The translations under genes were made by a program, and so were the position numbers. DNA of 64,000 nucleotides from positions 1,268-65,267 of the forward strand of contig JAGBZX010000001.1 in the NCBI GenBank assembly GCA_017628025.1, written 5' to 3'. Source of the stretch: Kiritimatiellia bacterium. GTDB lineage: Bacteria > Verrucomicrobiota > Kiritimatiellia > RFP12 > UBA1067. Positions 1 through 8,211 of the stretch are shown here, piece after piece. A model generated the notes under the pieces. That model had not been told where the DNA came from and did not search any database. It saw only the letters and a list, made by a program, of their open reading frames with translations. Within the stretch, counting starts at the first letter, position 1. Each line of letters opens with the position of its first letter.

Positions 1-644
1 TTAGGAACTGAAAGATACCCTGTAACTGGTCTGACACCAGCGCAATCAATACGCACAGCATAATAGCGAACTTTATCATTGATGCTAGGTATTTCAATAA
101 GAACCTCTCTAAATGGCACATTGTCTAAACGCTTAAACTGCTTCGCCCAAAATTCATCAAAATCCTCTGGCTCTCCTTTGGCTGTTAAAGTATCAATCTC
201 TACGCCAGCTCCACCATCAAAGAAAATATAATTGCTCTTACGTTCGAACCTATTTCTCGCGCGCTGCCCCTCCGGTGTCGTGTCATCGCCCTGAAATTTC
301 CTTTTATAGCGTTCGCCTTTTTTATCTTGCACATATGCCTCTATCCGCACAAAGCCTGGTTTGTCCAAACTAGTTGTATAAACAAACGGCTCTTTTGTAA
401 GCGGCACTACTCCAGTAACAAATGGCGTGCCAATATCATCGGTACGCTTCCACTTAATAAAATACTCTCCTTCTGGTATTTGGCCATCCACATCCATAAG
501 CTCTAGCGTGAATGTCATCTTCTCGCCTGGCTTATAAAAAAGTGGGTTTTTATCTGTAGTGCCTTTTATCCACGCATTATCAAGTGGACCAGAAAATAAA
601 GAAAAAGTTGTCGCTAATACACTAAGCAATATCGCTAGTTTCAT
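1..644 (-). CDS. Secreted acetyl-xylan-esterase-like (AXE1/CE7-type) hydrolase, N-terminal part; C-terminus lies beyond the window edge
   Basis: Absent from the ORF track because no stop lies in the window. ATG at 644..642 has a GGGGGAGGG Shine-Dalgarno 4-5 nt upstream, and the frame stays open to nt 3. My translation: MKLAILLSVLATTFSLFSG (signal peptide) ... GEPEDFDEFWAKQFKRLDNVPFREVLIEIPSINDKVRYYAVRIDCAGVRPVTGYLSVP. This matches the start of AXE1-family esterases (DFDxFW, then a strand ending I/V-x-G-[WY]-L-x-x-P). The catalytic part is not in the window. Confidence 0.5.
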   Translation of the reverse strand, partial: MKLAILLSVLATTFSLFSGPLDNAWIKGTTDKNPLFYKPGEKMTFTLELMDVDGQIPEGEYFIKWKRTDDIGTPFVTGVVPLTKEPFVYTTSLDKPGFVRIEAYVQDKKGERYKRKFQGDDTTPEGQRARNRFERKSNYIFFDGGAGVEIDTLTAKGEPEDFDEFWAKQFKRLDNVPFREVLIEIPSINDKVRYYAVRIDCAGVRPVTGYLSVP

Positions 645-666
645 ATTACCCTCCCCCACTTTCGTT

Positions 667-1647
667 TTAAAGATTACTTGTCTTTGCAGCTTTCTCTCGG
701 GCAGAAGCTACACGCTCAGCAAGCTTTTGAGCCTCTTCTTGATTAGGCGCCTGTCTAAAGCAATTATAATTCAGAACCCAGCATGATGGGTTGCGCCTAA
801 TAATTCGCTCTAGCCCTGTTAAACAGCGTTGGGTAGTTCGCCAAATATCACGAGCCTCAGAAGGCTCAATAAAATCAACAAATTCACAGCGATATCGGCC
901 ATCCTTAAGAGGACGCGACCACGCCACAACTACTGGCACTTTAGCTTTTGCCGCAAAAAACGCTGGAGCAGAAGACACGGGATGTGGGCGGCCAAAAAAC
1001 TCTACCCACATACCTCCATCTGATGGCGAAACTACTTGATCTACCAACAACCCAAGCGACATCCCTGAGCGCATTCCCGCCATAAGCGACTTAAATGCGC
1101 CATTAGCAGGAACTATTTCCTGACCAATTGATCTACGCGACCACATCAAAAGTCGCGTCATACCATTTGTGCCGATATTTTTGGCAACTGACATCATGCT
1201 ATGCCCATGAAGAAATGCTAACTGCGAAAGTATCTCCCAGCATCCTATATGCCCAGAGACTGTCACTAACGGTTTATAATTAGCTAAAATTTCCATGCAT
1301 TTTTTATCTACTTCCCCAGCTATTGCTACGCGGCGCTTTGCATTAAACGATGTCCAAAAAGCATGAGCCACCGTTCGTGCCATATTACGATAACTACGGC
1401 GCACAATTAATTCTGCACGGCGATCAGGCGGCAACCTACCCCCGCAAACAATCGCCAAGTTTTTATAAGCATGAGCTTTGCCGCGAGTATCAAATTTGTA
1501 CATTACAAACGAAATAAAATCTGCTAGTTTAAGCATCATGAAGCGCGGCAGAATTGCAAAAAGAACTAAAGCTAGCGCAATACCAACCCATTCAAATGGA
1601 ATACGAATAACGCGCTTAACTCGCTTAATAGTCCGCTGGAATTTCAT
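667..1647 (-). CDS. Lipid A late acyltransferase family protein (LpxL/HtrB-like lysophospholipid acyltransferase)
   Basis: 326-aa ORF with an N-terminal membrane anchor (IPFEWVGIALALVLFAILP). H-x4-[DE] acyltransferase motif in SGHIGCWEILSQ, with an LpxL-like downstream layout (LLVDQ...GGMWVEFFGRP...APAFFA). ATG 1647 overlaps the upstream stop (ATGA). Confidence 0.75.
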   Translation of the reverse strand: MKFQRTIKRVKRVIRIPFEWVGIALALVLFAILPRFMMLKLADFISFVMYKFDTRGKAHAYKNLAIVCGGRLPPDRRAELIVRRSYRNMARTVAHAFWTSFNAKRRVAIAGEVDKKCMEILANYKPLVTVSGHIGCWEILSQLAFLHGHSMMSVAKNIGTNGMTRLLMWSRRSIGQEIVPANGAFKSLMAGMRSGMSLGLLVDQVVSPSDGGMWVEFFGRPHPVSSAPAFFAAKAKVPVVVAWSRPLKDGRYRCEFVDFIEPSEARDIWRTTQRCLTGLERIIRRNPSCWVLNYNCFRQAPNQEEAQKLAERVASAREKAAKTSNL

Positions 1648-2783
1648 TTGCTAGCTAATTCTCTATAAACATCTAACGAACTTGACACCATCCGCTCAAA
1701 AGAAAATTTTTCTAATGCCGCTGCACGCAAATCTCCAAAGTCGGAATGTGCTACATATCTAATGGCATTACCAAAGGCAATAGCTCTTTCTTCTGGCGTG
1801 TCGTTTTTTTGCCACGCAACTAGCGCACCATTTACGCCGTCTTGCACGATATCAAGAGCTCCGCCAAACGCTGTTGCCACAACTGGTTTATTCATTGCTA
1901 GAGCCTCTGCCATTGATCGACCAAATGCTTCAGGCTTTTGCCAATTAGCACTTACTACAACATCTGCCAGCGAAAGACACTCTGCAACCTTACTTTGAGC
2001 ACCAGCGAAAACAACGCTATCAGTCACACCCAACTCTGCCGCCAGTTGATGAAGCGAGTCTTCGTATTTTTTGCGTAACGCTTCTGCCTCACCTACTATA
2101 ACAAGTTTGTAGTTAGGCGTACTTCTGCGGGCGTTAGCATGAGTCTGACGCAAATACTTAATAGCTCTAATAAGCACATCATAGCCCTTAAGCTGTGTTA
2201 TACGCCCTAACCCCATCACGACTCGGTGACCCTCAAGCCCCCATTCTTCGCGCTTTTCTTCAATAAAATCCTTATCGAGATTTTCGATATTAAATTTTTC
2301 TTTGTCGATGGCTCTTGGGATTATTCGAAGCTTTTCGTCTTTAATGGCATATGCTGCTTTCAAATAATCCGCGATATACTTTGAAGGCGTAACCGTAAGG
2401 TCGCCAGCTGTCATTATGCGAGAATAGCGCGATATTGAGTTAGCACCATGAGCAAATGTTATCCATTTTATACCCAGTGTCTTATTTGCTTGTAAAAAGA
2501 GCCATGCTGGCACGCGTGAATGCACGCACACAACATCAGGGGCTTCTTTTTTGAGAACTTCTTTTAGAATAGCCGCGCGACGAAAGAAGGTAAAAGGGTT
2601 TTTGCTTTTAACATCAACTCTAATATGTCTACCACCAGCCAATGTGATTTGATCTACGAGGCGACCACCAGCCGATACAACGACATTTTCCCATCCCTCG
2701 GATGAGATAGCGCGATTCATTTCAACCACACCGCGCTCAACCCCGCCTTGATCTAGCGCGGGCAGTATCTGCAAAGTCTTCAC
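1644..2783 (-). CDS. Glycosyltransferase family 4 (GT-B fold)
   Basis: 379 aa if started at GTG 2783 (VKTLQILPALDQGGVERGV..., a typical GT4 N-terminus). The longer track ORF (to 2837) would run through the tRNA gene. E-x7-E motif in PEAFGRSMAEALAMNKPVVATAFGGALDIV. Confidence 0.8.
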   Translation of the reverse strand: MKTLQILPALDQGGVERGVVEMNRAISSEGWENVVVSAGGRLVDQITLAGGRHIRVDVKSKNPFTFFRRAAILKEVLKKEAPDVVCVHSRVPAWLFLQANKTLGIKWITFAHGANSISRYSRIMTAGDLTVTPSKYIADYLKAAYAIKDEKLRIIPRAIDKEKFNIENLDKDFIEEKREEWGLEGHRVVMGLGRITQLKGYDVLIRAIKYLRQTHANARRSTPNYKLVIVGEAEALRKKYEDSLHQLAAELGVTDSVVFAGAQSKVAECLSLADVVVSANWQKPEAFGRSMAEALAMNKPVVATAFGGALDIVQDGVNGALVAWQKNDTPEERAIAFGNAIRYVAHSDFGDLRAAALEKFSFERMVSSSLDVYRELASK

Positions 2784-2794
2784 GTGTATTAATG

Positions 2795-2879
2795 TGCCGG
2801 GAGCGGGACTCGAACCCGCACGCCAAAAACCTGGCAAGGGATTTTAAGTCCCTGGTGTCTGCCATTCCACCATCCCGGC
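2795..2879 (-). tRNA. tRNA-Leu (anticodon UAA), class II with long variable arm
   Basis: Hand-folded 85-nt cloverleaf: acceptor GCCGGGA/TCCCGGC, D stem GTG/CAC, anticodon stem AGGGA/TCCCT with loop CTTAAAA (anticodon TAA). Variable arm is 17 nt (TGCCAGGTTTTTGGCGT), T arm GCGGG-TTCGAGT-CCCGC, discriminator A. CCA is not encoded. Confidence 0.93.
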
Positions 2880-2890
2880 GATTAGGGAGT

Positions 2891-2919
2891 ATTATATCAA
2901 AATAATTAAAAAAAGTGAA
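2891..2919 (-). promoter_or_regulatory. Sigma70-type promoter for tRNA-Leu (extended -10)
   Basis: Minus strand reads TTCACT (2919..2914), 17-nt spacer, TGA-TATAAT (-10 at 2896..2891). The -10 ends 11 nt before the mature tRNA 5' end. Confidence 0.45.
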
Positions 2920-2999
2920 TATGCGTAATTTCTCCAATCTAGGTAACTGACTAGATAGAGGCTTTATGTAAAGATTCTATTTGCAGGATTAAATAACTG

Positions 3000-5579
3000 T
3001 TATGGGCGCTTCTTTGAGCGCGGCATCTTTTTGAATGCATCAAACCAGCGACATGGGCGAGTAATCTCTATTCTGTTTGTCTGCCAATTACCGCAAATTA
3101 TCCCTGGGAAACGCTCGCCAGGAACCTTTGTCTCTCGCCAAATCGGTGAGCCATCTACAGCACAATCAGAAGCATAGTTACTAGCCTTAACATTCTCTTC
3201 AAGATTAAATTTCGCAATTGAAGGGAAATATGCGTCAAATTTAATTTTCATCGCCGCTAAATCATTATTCTTACGCTGAGCATATTTTTCAAAAAATATT
3301 TTCCATTTCGCTTCATCCCACCTTGCAGAACCGAAAGGACGGATGCAATCAATAAACTTACAGTAGCTAACATAGTTTCCAAATCCACCGTGAGAGAAAA
3401 CCGTGCCAAAATTGCTCCGACCCGGGAAACCGCATTTAACAAAGAGATTGCTAAAAACAACATTCCCGCAATCTCCATCATCAAAATATACTCCAGCATT
3501 ACCATGCCTGAATTCTGTTCCAGTATCAATAAAAACATTATTCTTTAATACATTGCCGCGGTCTGTAGCGTTGCGCCCTTGGTAAAAAGCACCATTATCA
3601 TCAACTACTGTGCAGATATTGGAAATCCAACAACTCTCTAGTGCTAAATTACAACCTCTAAAATAAATGCCTATATCTGGAATATTATATATTTTACAAT
3701 TTCTAATTGCATTTCCTACTCCCTGAAGCCTTATGGCATTCCCAGTTTTGGCAATCCCCTGCGATGTATTTCTTATTACAGACGAGATAACTTCATTGTT
3801 GCCATTTTTCAAAACAGTTTTATCTCCACCATCAATTACCGCGGCAGCAAAACCAAAGTTTTCAAAAACGCAATTATCAATAACGCAATCCTGACAACTC
3901 TTGTCGATATCTACTCCTTCTCGCATCATGTTTCTAAAGACGCAATTTTTGAAAACAACATTTTCGCAATTTGTCAGAATGACGCCTTTTGTTGGACTCT
4001 CCTCAAATACTATATTTCTAAATTCCACATCTTTTAGCCCATCACATACATAAAGGGCATTAGTGCCTGCTGCAATGGAAATGCGCGTGTCTTTTGAAAA
4101 CTCCAATGGCGGAAGAAAATATAGTTTCTTCGTCTTGCGATTTATCGCATACTCATATGGCTGATCTATCTCTTCAATCAAATTATAAACGCGCCATCTG
4201 CGATCTTTCGAATTGCCATTTATTATTCCAAACGATGTTGGATGAGTCAAAGTAATAATCTTTTTCTCTGTATCTATGCTGTCAAGTCTAACCACAGAAT
4301 CATGCCAGTCATAAGCCCAAAAACCATTTACTAAAACTTCTTCTGCTTTAACCCACCGTGAAGGTCTATCGCCAGAATAATAGAACGACGGTTTGCTGAT
4401 TTCTTCAACAACAGCATTAGTCGATAAGTTGACTAATGCTATTGGCCTATATTTGCCTGGGTTGTCAAAACCTGCAATGATAGCCCAGTCGTCATTAGGC
4501 CATGTTGAGAGCTTCATTGGCTCAGAATTTACATAGAGACGGGGAACTAGGCTATTCCAGTTAATCTTCCTAGGAGGAGAAAGAAGACTAAACTCATTAG
4601 TAGGCGCGCACCAATACGACAAATCTATATGCGAAAGATCTAACTCCAAAATCCTAGAAGCAACCTCAGGGCATAATCTTTCTTTTATGCTCTTATCTTC
4701 TACTTTCTTTGCTTGACTAAAATCAAGTGTTATAGAACCATTAATAATCGCCTTGCCATTAATTGTTTCTTGTATGCGCCTACGGGCAGAAAGAATATCT
4801 TTTTTACAACCGCGAGGAAAGATATCAAGACAATTTGTGCGCTGCCTCCAACCATCTCGTAAATCTTTGCCTATTAAGTAGCATGCCCATGTTCCATTAA
4901 ATTTGCGAACTTCTCCAGGCTTTAAAAAATCGCCTTTTTTCATTGGAGAAAAACTAGTTAGAGCATCACCTGTATGCGTAAGATTCTCTACTGAACCATA
5001 ATCAATCTTCTTAAGTGTAGAAGCCGATGACACAACTCCCATAAACCGCCCGTCTTCGGCAAGGCGAACCGCGCGCTGCGCTTTACCCGTCAGCGCTTCT
5101 GATTCATCAGGCAAGTCAGGAGAAGAAAATGGCGAGATTTGATGAAACTCTAGCTCCGTTACTGTAAGAGGGGTATCTGTAATATTTTTTATGTATTTTA
5201 ATTCTACCGAAATTGCATTTTCAAATTTACCTATTTCATATCCACACTCAATCTCACGAGTAGAAATTACAACAGTTGTCTTATCGCCGGAATCTAATAC
5301 TTTCTGAACTCTTGCACCAGTACTTGAACAAAGTGTAGCGTCCTTATTTTCAAGTTTATATGATATTGCAATTTTACCAAACTCATCTCGCCCAAATTTG
5401 ATATTATCCACTAAAAACTCTGAACCTTTTAAGATGCTATACTGATTAAGACTCTCGCGAGTCAAAGGCTTAAATGAGGAGGGCTTGAGAAACTGTTGTA
5501 AATCTACAACCTTAAAAGTTGCAAATCCATTTTGACAAATAAGCACAGCAAGCAGAAACGAAAATAATACTTTCAACAT
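3000..5579 (-). CDS. Secreted right-handed parallel beta-helix repeat protein (pectate-lyase fold; probable polysaccharide-active enzyme)
   Basis: Start moved to ATG 5579 (GGAGG 5 nt upstream); the track start 5585 is a GTG 2 codons earlier. Signal peptide MLKVLFSFLLAVLICQNGFA. C-terminal half holds PbH1-like repeats (NCENVVFKNCVFRNMMREGVDID, CQDCVIDNCVFENFGFAAAVIDGG, GNAIRNCKIYNIPDIGIYFRG, NVLKNNVFIDTG). Confidence 0.8.
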   Translation of the reverse strand: MLKVLFSFLLAVLICQNGFATFKVVDLQQFLKPSSFKPLTRESLNQYSILKGSEFLVDNIKFGRDEFGKIAISYKLENKDATLCSSTGARVQKVLDSGDKTTVVISTREIECGYEIGKFENAISVELKYIKNITDTPLTVTELEFHQISPFSSPDLPDESEALTGKAQRAVRLAEDGRFMGVVSSASTLKKIDYGSVENLTHTGDALTSFSPMKKGDFLKPGEVRKFNGTWACYLIGKDLRDGWRQRTNCLDIFPRGCKKDILSARRRIQETINGKAIINGSITLDFSQAKKVEDKSIKERLCPEVASRILELDLSHIDLSYWCAPTNEFSLLSPPRKINWNSLVPRLYVNSEPMKLSTWPNDDWAIIAGFDNPGKYRPIALVNLSTNAVVEEISKPSFYYSGDRPSRWVKAEEVLVNGFWAYDWHDSVVRLDSIDTEKKIITLTHPTSFGIINGNSKDRRWRVYNLIEEIDQPYEYAINRKTKKLYFLPPLEFSKDTRISIAAGTNALYVCDGLKDVEFRNIVFEESPTKGVILTNCENVVFKNCVFRNMMREGVDIDKSCQDCVIDNCVFENFGFAAAVIDGGDKTVLKNGNNEVISSVIRNTSQGIAKTGNAIRLQGVGNAIRNCKIYNIPDIGIYFRGCNLALESCWISNICTVVDDNGAFYQGRNATDRGNVLKNNVFIDTGTEFRHGNAGVYFDDGDCGNVVFSNLFVKCGFPGRSNFGTVFSHGGFGNYVSYCKFIDCIRPFGSARWDEAKWKIFFEKYAQRKNNDLAAMKIKFDAYFPSIAKFNLEENVKASNYASDCAVDGSPIWRETKVPGERFPGIICGNWQTNRIEITRPCRWFDAFKKMPRSKKRP

Positions 5580-5602
5580 TAACACCTCCGAACATTTTTC
5601 AA

Positions 5603-5634
5603 ATAGGCCCCACGCGTCACCACGTAGGACCTAT
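5603..5634 (-). terminator. Weak hairpin downstream of the 126-aa gene (possible intrinsic terminator)
   Basis: Minus strand ATAGGTCCTACG-TGGTGACG-CGTGGGGCCTAT. This is a 12-bp stem with 2 mismatches, followed only by TTTG, so the U-tract is poor. Confidence 0.3.
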
Positions 5635-5657
5635 CAAACCGCGCCTTAGAAAACATC

Positions 5658-6038
5658 TTACTTGCCGGCGCCAAACATCGTCTTATCGAAGTTAAAGAAA
5701 ACGAATACTGGCAAGAAACCACCTTCGTTAAAGCAAACAAGGCCAAACTGAAGAGCTGCCTTGCGAGCCTTTGTTATAAACCCTGCTTGAGCTCCATTAG
5801 CTAGAGTATCAACTTCAGAGTAGCCTATTGCCACCTGAGCACCCTTTTTGACTTCTTTGGCCTTGTTTGCGCAAAGGCTGACTTGTGCTCCAACTACTGA
5901 TTTATTTGCAGAGGCAATACCAAGCGCACAACCGGTAATGTCCTTGCTACCATTCTTAAACCACCAGTCCCATGTGCAATCAGCACTAGCAGTTGACGCA
6001 AAGGCTACGAGAGCAATTGCTACGAGTAACTTTTTCAT
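5658..6038 (-). CDS. Small secreted repeat protein (hypothetical)
   Basis: Signal peptide MKKLLVAIALVAFASTASA. Four ~16-residue repeats are centred on G-A-Q (Q52, Q68, Q84, Q97). Hydrophobic tail GGFLPVFVFFNF. SD AAAGGAAA upstream of ATG 6038. Confidence 0.6.
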   Translation of the reverse strand: MKKLLVAIALVAFASTASADCTWDWWFKNGSKDITGCALGIASANKSVVGAQVSLCANKAKEVKKGAQVAIGYSEVDTLANGAQAGFITKARKAALQFGLVCFNEGGFLPVFVFFNFDKTMFGAGK

Positions 6039-6062
6039 TTGTTTTTCCTTTCTTTTGTTTAA

Positions 6063-6353
6063 TTAAATTTTACTCAAAATCTGCTGTAACTGAGATACAG
6101 TCACACCAGAAAGCATCAATCGTTTTGTTTTTGAAGTTTCACCTGATTTAAAAGCGACTCTTGATTTCGCCAATCCCAAAGCATCAGCAACAACCTCTAT
6201 TATTTCTTTGTTTGCCCGTCCATCAACAGGCGCGCTTTTAACTCGCACTTTTACCGCGTCAGCGATTACTGAATCAAGACCGGGACGAGATGAACGCGGT
6301 TGGGCGCGCACATTTAAAATCACCCCACCATCTACTTCTGTAAAAACACTCAC
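6063..6353 (-). CDS. YggU/DUF167 (UPF0235) family protein
   Basis: 96 aa: ILNVRAQPRSSRPGL...VKVRVKSAPVDGRANKEIIEVVADALGLAKSRVAFKSGETSKTKRL matches the YggU family pattern. GTG start overlaps the upstream stop (GTGA). Confidence 0.88.
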   Translation of the reverse strand: MSVFTEVDGGVILNVRAQPRSSRPGLDSVIADAVKVRVKSAPVDGRANKEIIEVVADALGLAKSRVAFKSGETSKTKRLMLSGVTVSQLQQILSKI

Positions 6354-6769
6354 TTAAGCATCTCCAAAAATTCCTGCGGTGGCAATATTGGTCTAAAAGT
6401 CTGAGTCGAAACAAAGCAATGTATCGTAAAGCCTTTTGCCAAAACAGCCTCTTCACCAGAGCGACGAACTTCACATGCGATTTCTAATCGCACGCCGCGG
6501 CACTCCTTAACGTAGGCTGTAACTTCAAGCAAATCATCGTATCTTGCAGGAGACTTATAATCAACTTCAGCGTGAACTACTGGCAACATCCAGCCGCTAG
6601 CCTCGCACTCTTTGTATGTCCAGCCAAGCGAACGCATAAGCTCATTTCGTGCACGCTCAAATAAAGTCAAATAATTACCATAATATACAACACCCATTTG
6701 ATCAGTGTCAGCATATGGGACTCTGTACTTAAATACATTACTTATTCGTTTTTCTAATTGTTCGCTCAT
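6350..6769 (-). CDS. Acyl-CoA thioesterase, YbgC/4HBT (hotdog) family
   Basis: 139 aa with N-terminal YRVPYADTDQMGVVYYGNYLTLFERARNELMRSLG, typical of YbgC/FadM-type hotdog thioesterases. ATGA overlap with the upstream gene. Confidence 0.88.
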   Translation of the reverse strand: MSEQLEKRISNVFKYRVPYADTDQMGVVYYGNYLTLFERARNELMRSLGWTYKECEASGWMLPVVHAEVDYKSPARYDDLLEVTAYVKECRGVRLEIACEVRRSGEEAVLAKGFTIHCFVSTQTFRPILPPQEFLEMLK

Positions 6770-7305
6770 GAAAGAGATTCCTCTGAACTTCTAATAAACT
6801 CTGTTGCTAAAGTCAAACCGTCTATCGTATCAAAGCCACCGACTGCTTCACCTAACTCATTGCGTGAAATAGTATACGATTCTTGTTCTCTCTGGTGCGT
6901 AAAGATAAGCTCAAACCCACCAGGGTAATTCATTAGCATAACAATAGTTTTCGGTAAATCACCCCATGGCGGAAGATCTATGCTTTTAGCATCAAAAGAA
7001 TACTTCAATGTGGTTCCTACTCCAAGCGTTGATTCTAGCGTGACAAAACCTCCACAGGCATCACATATTTGTTTTAGTATCGGTAGCCCCAGTCCAACTT
7101 TGCGCGCATCATGCTTACCTGGCTCAGTATAAAAAGGATCAAATGCGCGCTTTAAAATCGCCTCATCCATCCCTTTGCCATTATCAGCAATTGAAACTGA
7201 AATTTTTCCAAGAGCCTCTGTTATTTCTACAGATACTTCAGTTGCGCCAGCCTCTATTGAGTTTTGCACTGTATCTGCTAATACATCACATATCGTTGCG
7301 TGCAT
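6766..7305 (-). CDS. Stand-alone GHKL (HATPase_c) ATP-binding protein
   Basis: 179 aa with N box QNSIEAGA, G1 box IADNGKGM and G2 box GLGLPI. No DHp/His-phosphotransfer region or receiver domain. Confidence 0.8.
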   Translation of the reverse strand: MHATICDVLADTVQNSIEAGATEVSVEITEALGKISVSIADNGKGMDEAILKRAFDPFYTEPGKHDARKVGLGLPILKQICDACGGFVTLESTLGVGTTLKYSFDAKSIDLPPWGDLPKTIVMLMNYPGGFELIFTHQREQESYTISRNELGEAVGGFDTIDGLTLATEFIRSSEESLS

Positions 7306-7310
7306 TACAA

Positions 7311-8168
7311 TTAAACCCTAGAAAAATGTTCTACGAAAAATGGCGTAACATCCACAAGCGAAGTTACACGCGTGCGGAAGTTTTTACCATTAGGCCCAGA
7401 AACGATAAACGGCACCTTATTAAGCGTATGAGAACGCCCTGACATGCATTCAATATTTCCGTGATCTGCTGTTATGACTACTGTAATACCAGATGTTTCA
7501 GCGTATCGGCAAACAGCACCGAGAAATCTATCGTATATTCTCAACACAGCACAAGCGCGGGCGTAATCTAATGAATGACCCGATACATCCGTCTGAAAGA
7601 ATTCAAAAAAGGTAAAGTCATTTTCGCGAGCTATTGAAACGAGATGCTCCGCAGCTTTCTGTGGCGAAACAATTGGAATATCAGGATAATGATCTTGAAT
7701 AGTCTCTCGTGTAATATCCTGAACTACTGCACAATTGTCATAAAGATCATCGATTGTCCTTATTACATTGGGCATAGTTAGTGACATAACCGTGGTAACA
7801 GATTTAAAGCGCTGAAGCCTTAACTCGTCTGGAGTATCAACAAGAAAAGCATTTGCAAAAGCGACGCTATGCCCCATACGCTCCAACATTAAAAACAGAT
7901 TATCTTTTTCGATTATTTCTCTCAAAGCGGGGCCAGGGAAACCTTCACAATGCCTACCCATACGCTCAGCACAATTGATACCCGTAAAAATTGTCGCCTG
8001 CCCGGTTGCAGATTGGGGGATGCCGTCAACACCTAACCTAGCATCTATTGCAACGGAATTCCTCTGTATCAAACGACACAACACAGGACACACCTCGGGA
8101 TTTACCGGGTTATCTGGAGCTGGGTCGCTTATGCCGACGCCATCGATAAAGAGGAATAAAAACTTCAT
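7311..8168 (-). CDS. Alkaline-phosphatase-superfamily metalloenzyme (iPGM/phosphopentomutase-like Metalloenzyme domain)
   Basis: 285 aa with N-terminal metal-site strand FLFLFIDGVG and C-terminal ITADHGN motif. Shorter than bona fide iPGM/ApgM, so the substrate is unknown. Confidence 0.65.
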   Translation of the reverse strand: MKFLFLFIDGVGISDPAPDNPVNPEVCPVLCRLIQRNSVAIDARLGVDGIPQSATGQATIFTGINCAERMGRHCEGFPGPALREIIEKDNLFLMLERMGHSVAFANAFLVDTPDELRLQRFKSVTTVMSLTMPNVIRTIDDLYDNCAVVQDITRETIQDHYPDIPIVSPQKAAEHLVSIARENDFTFFEFFQTDVSGHSLDYARACAVLRIYDRFLGAVCRYAETSGITVVITADHGNIECMSGRSHTLNKVPFIVSGPNGKNFRTRVTSLVDVTPFFVEHFSRV

Positions 8169-8178
8169 ATTTCAAAGT

Positions 8179-8208
8179 ATTATAACTTATGAGTTCTCTA
8201 CTTGTCAA
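8179..8208 (-). promoter_or_regulatory. Consensus sigma70 promoter giving a near-leaderless transcript
   Basis: Minus strand TTGACA (8208..8203), 18-nt spacer, TATAAT (8184..8179). Only 10 nt (ACTTTGAAAT) separate the -10 from ATG 8168, and no Shine-Dalgarno fits. Confidence 0.5.
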
Positions 8209-8211
8209 TCA

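Noticed and set aside
2795-2879. tRNA-Leu as an integration hotspot for a genomic island
   Set aside because: No integrase, direct repeat of the tRNA 3' end, or mobile-element genes occur on either side. The flanking genes are envelope-biosynthesis and CAZyme-like genes in the same operon-like array.
2737-2937. 66-aa minus-strand ORF and the N-terminal extension of the GT4 ORF (2784..2837)
   Set aside because: Both run straight through the well-folded tRNA-Leu gene (2795..2879). The GT4 family N-terminus begins at the GTG at 2783.
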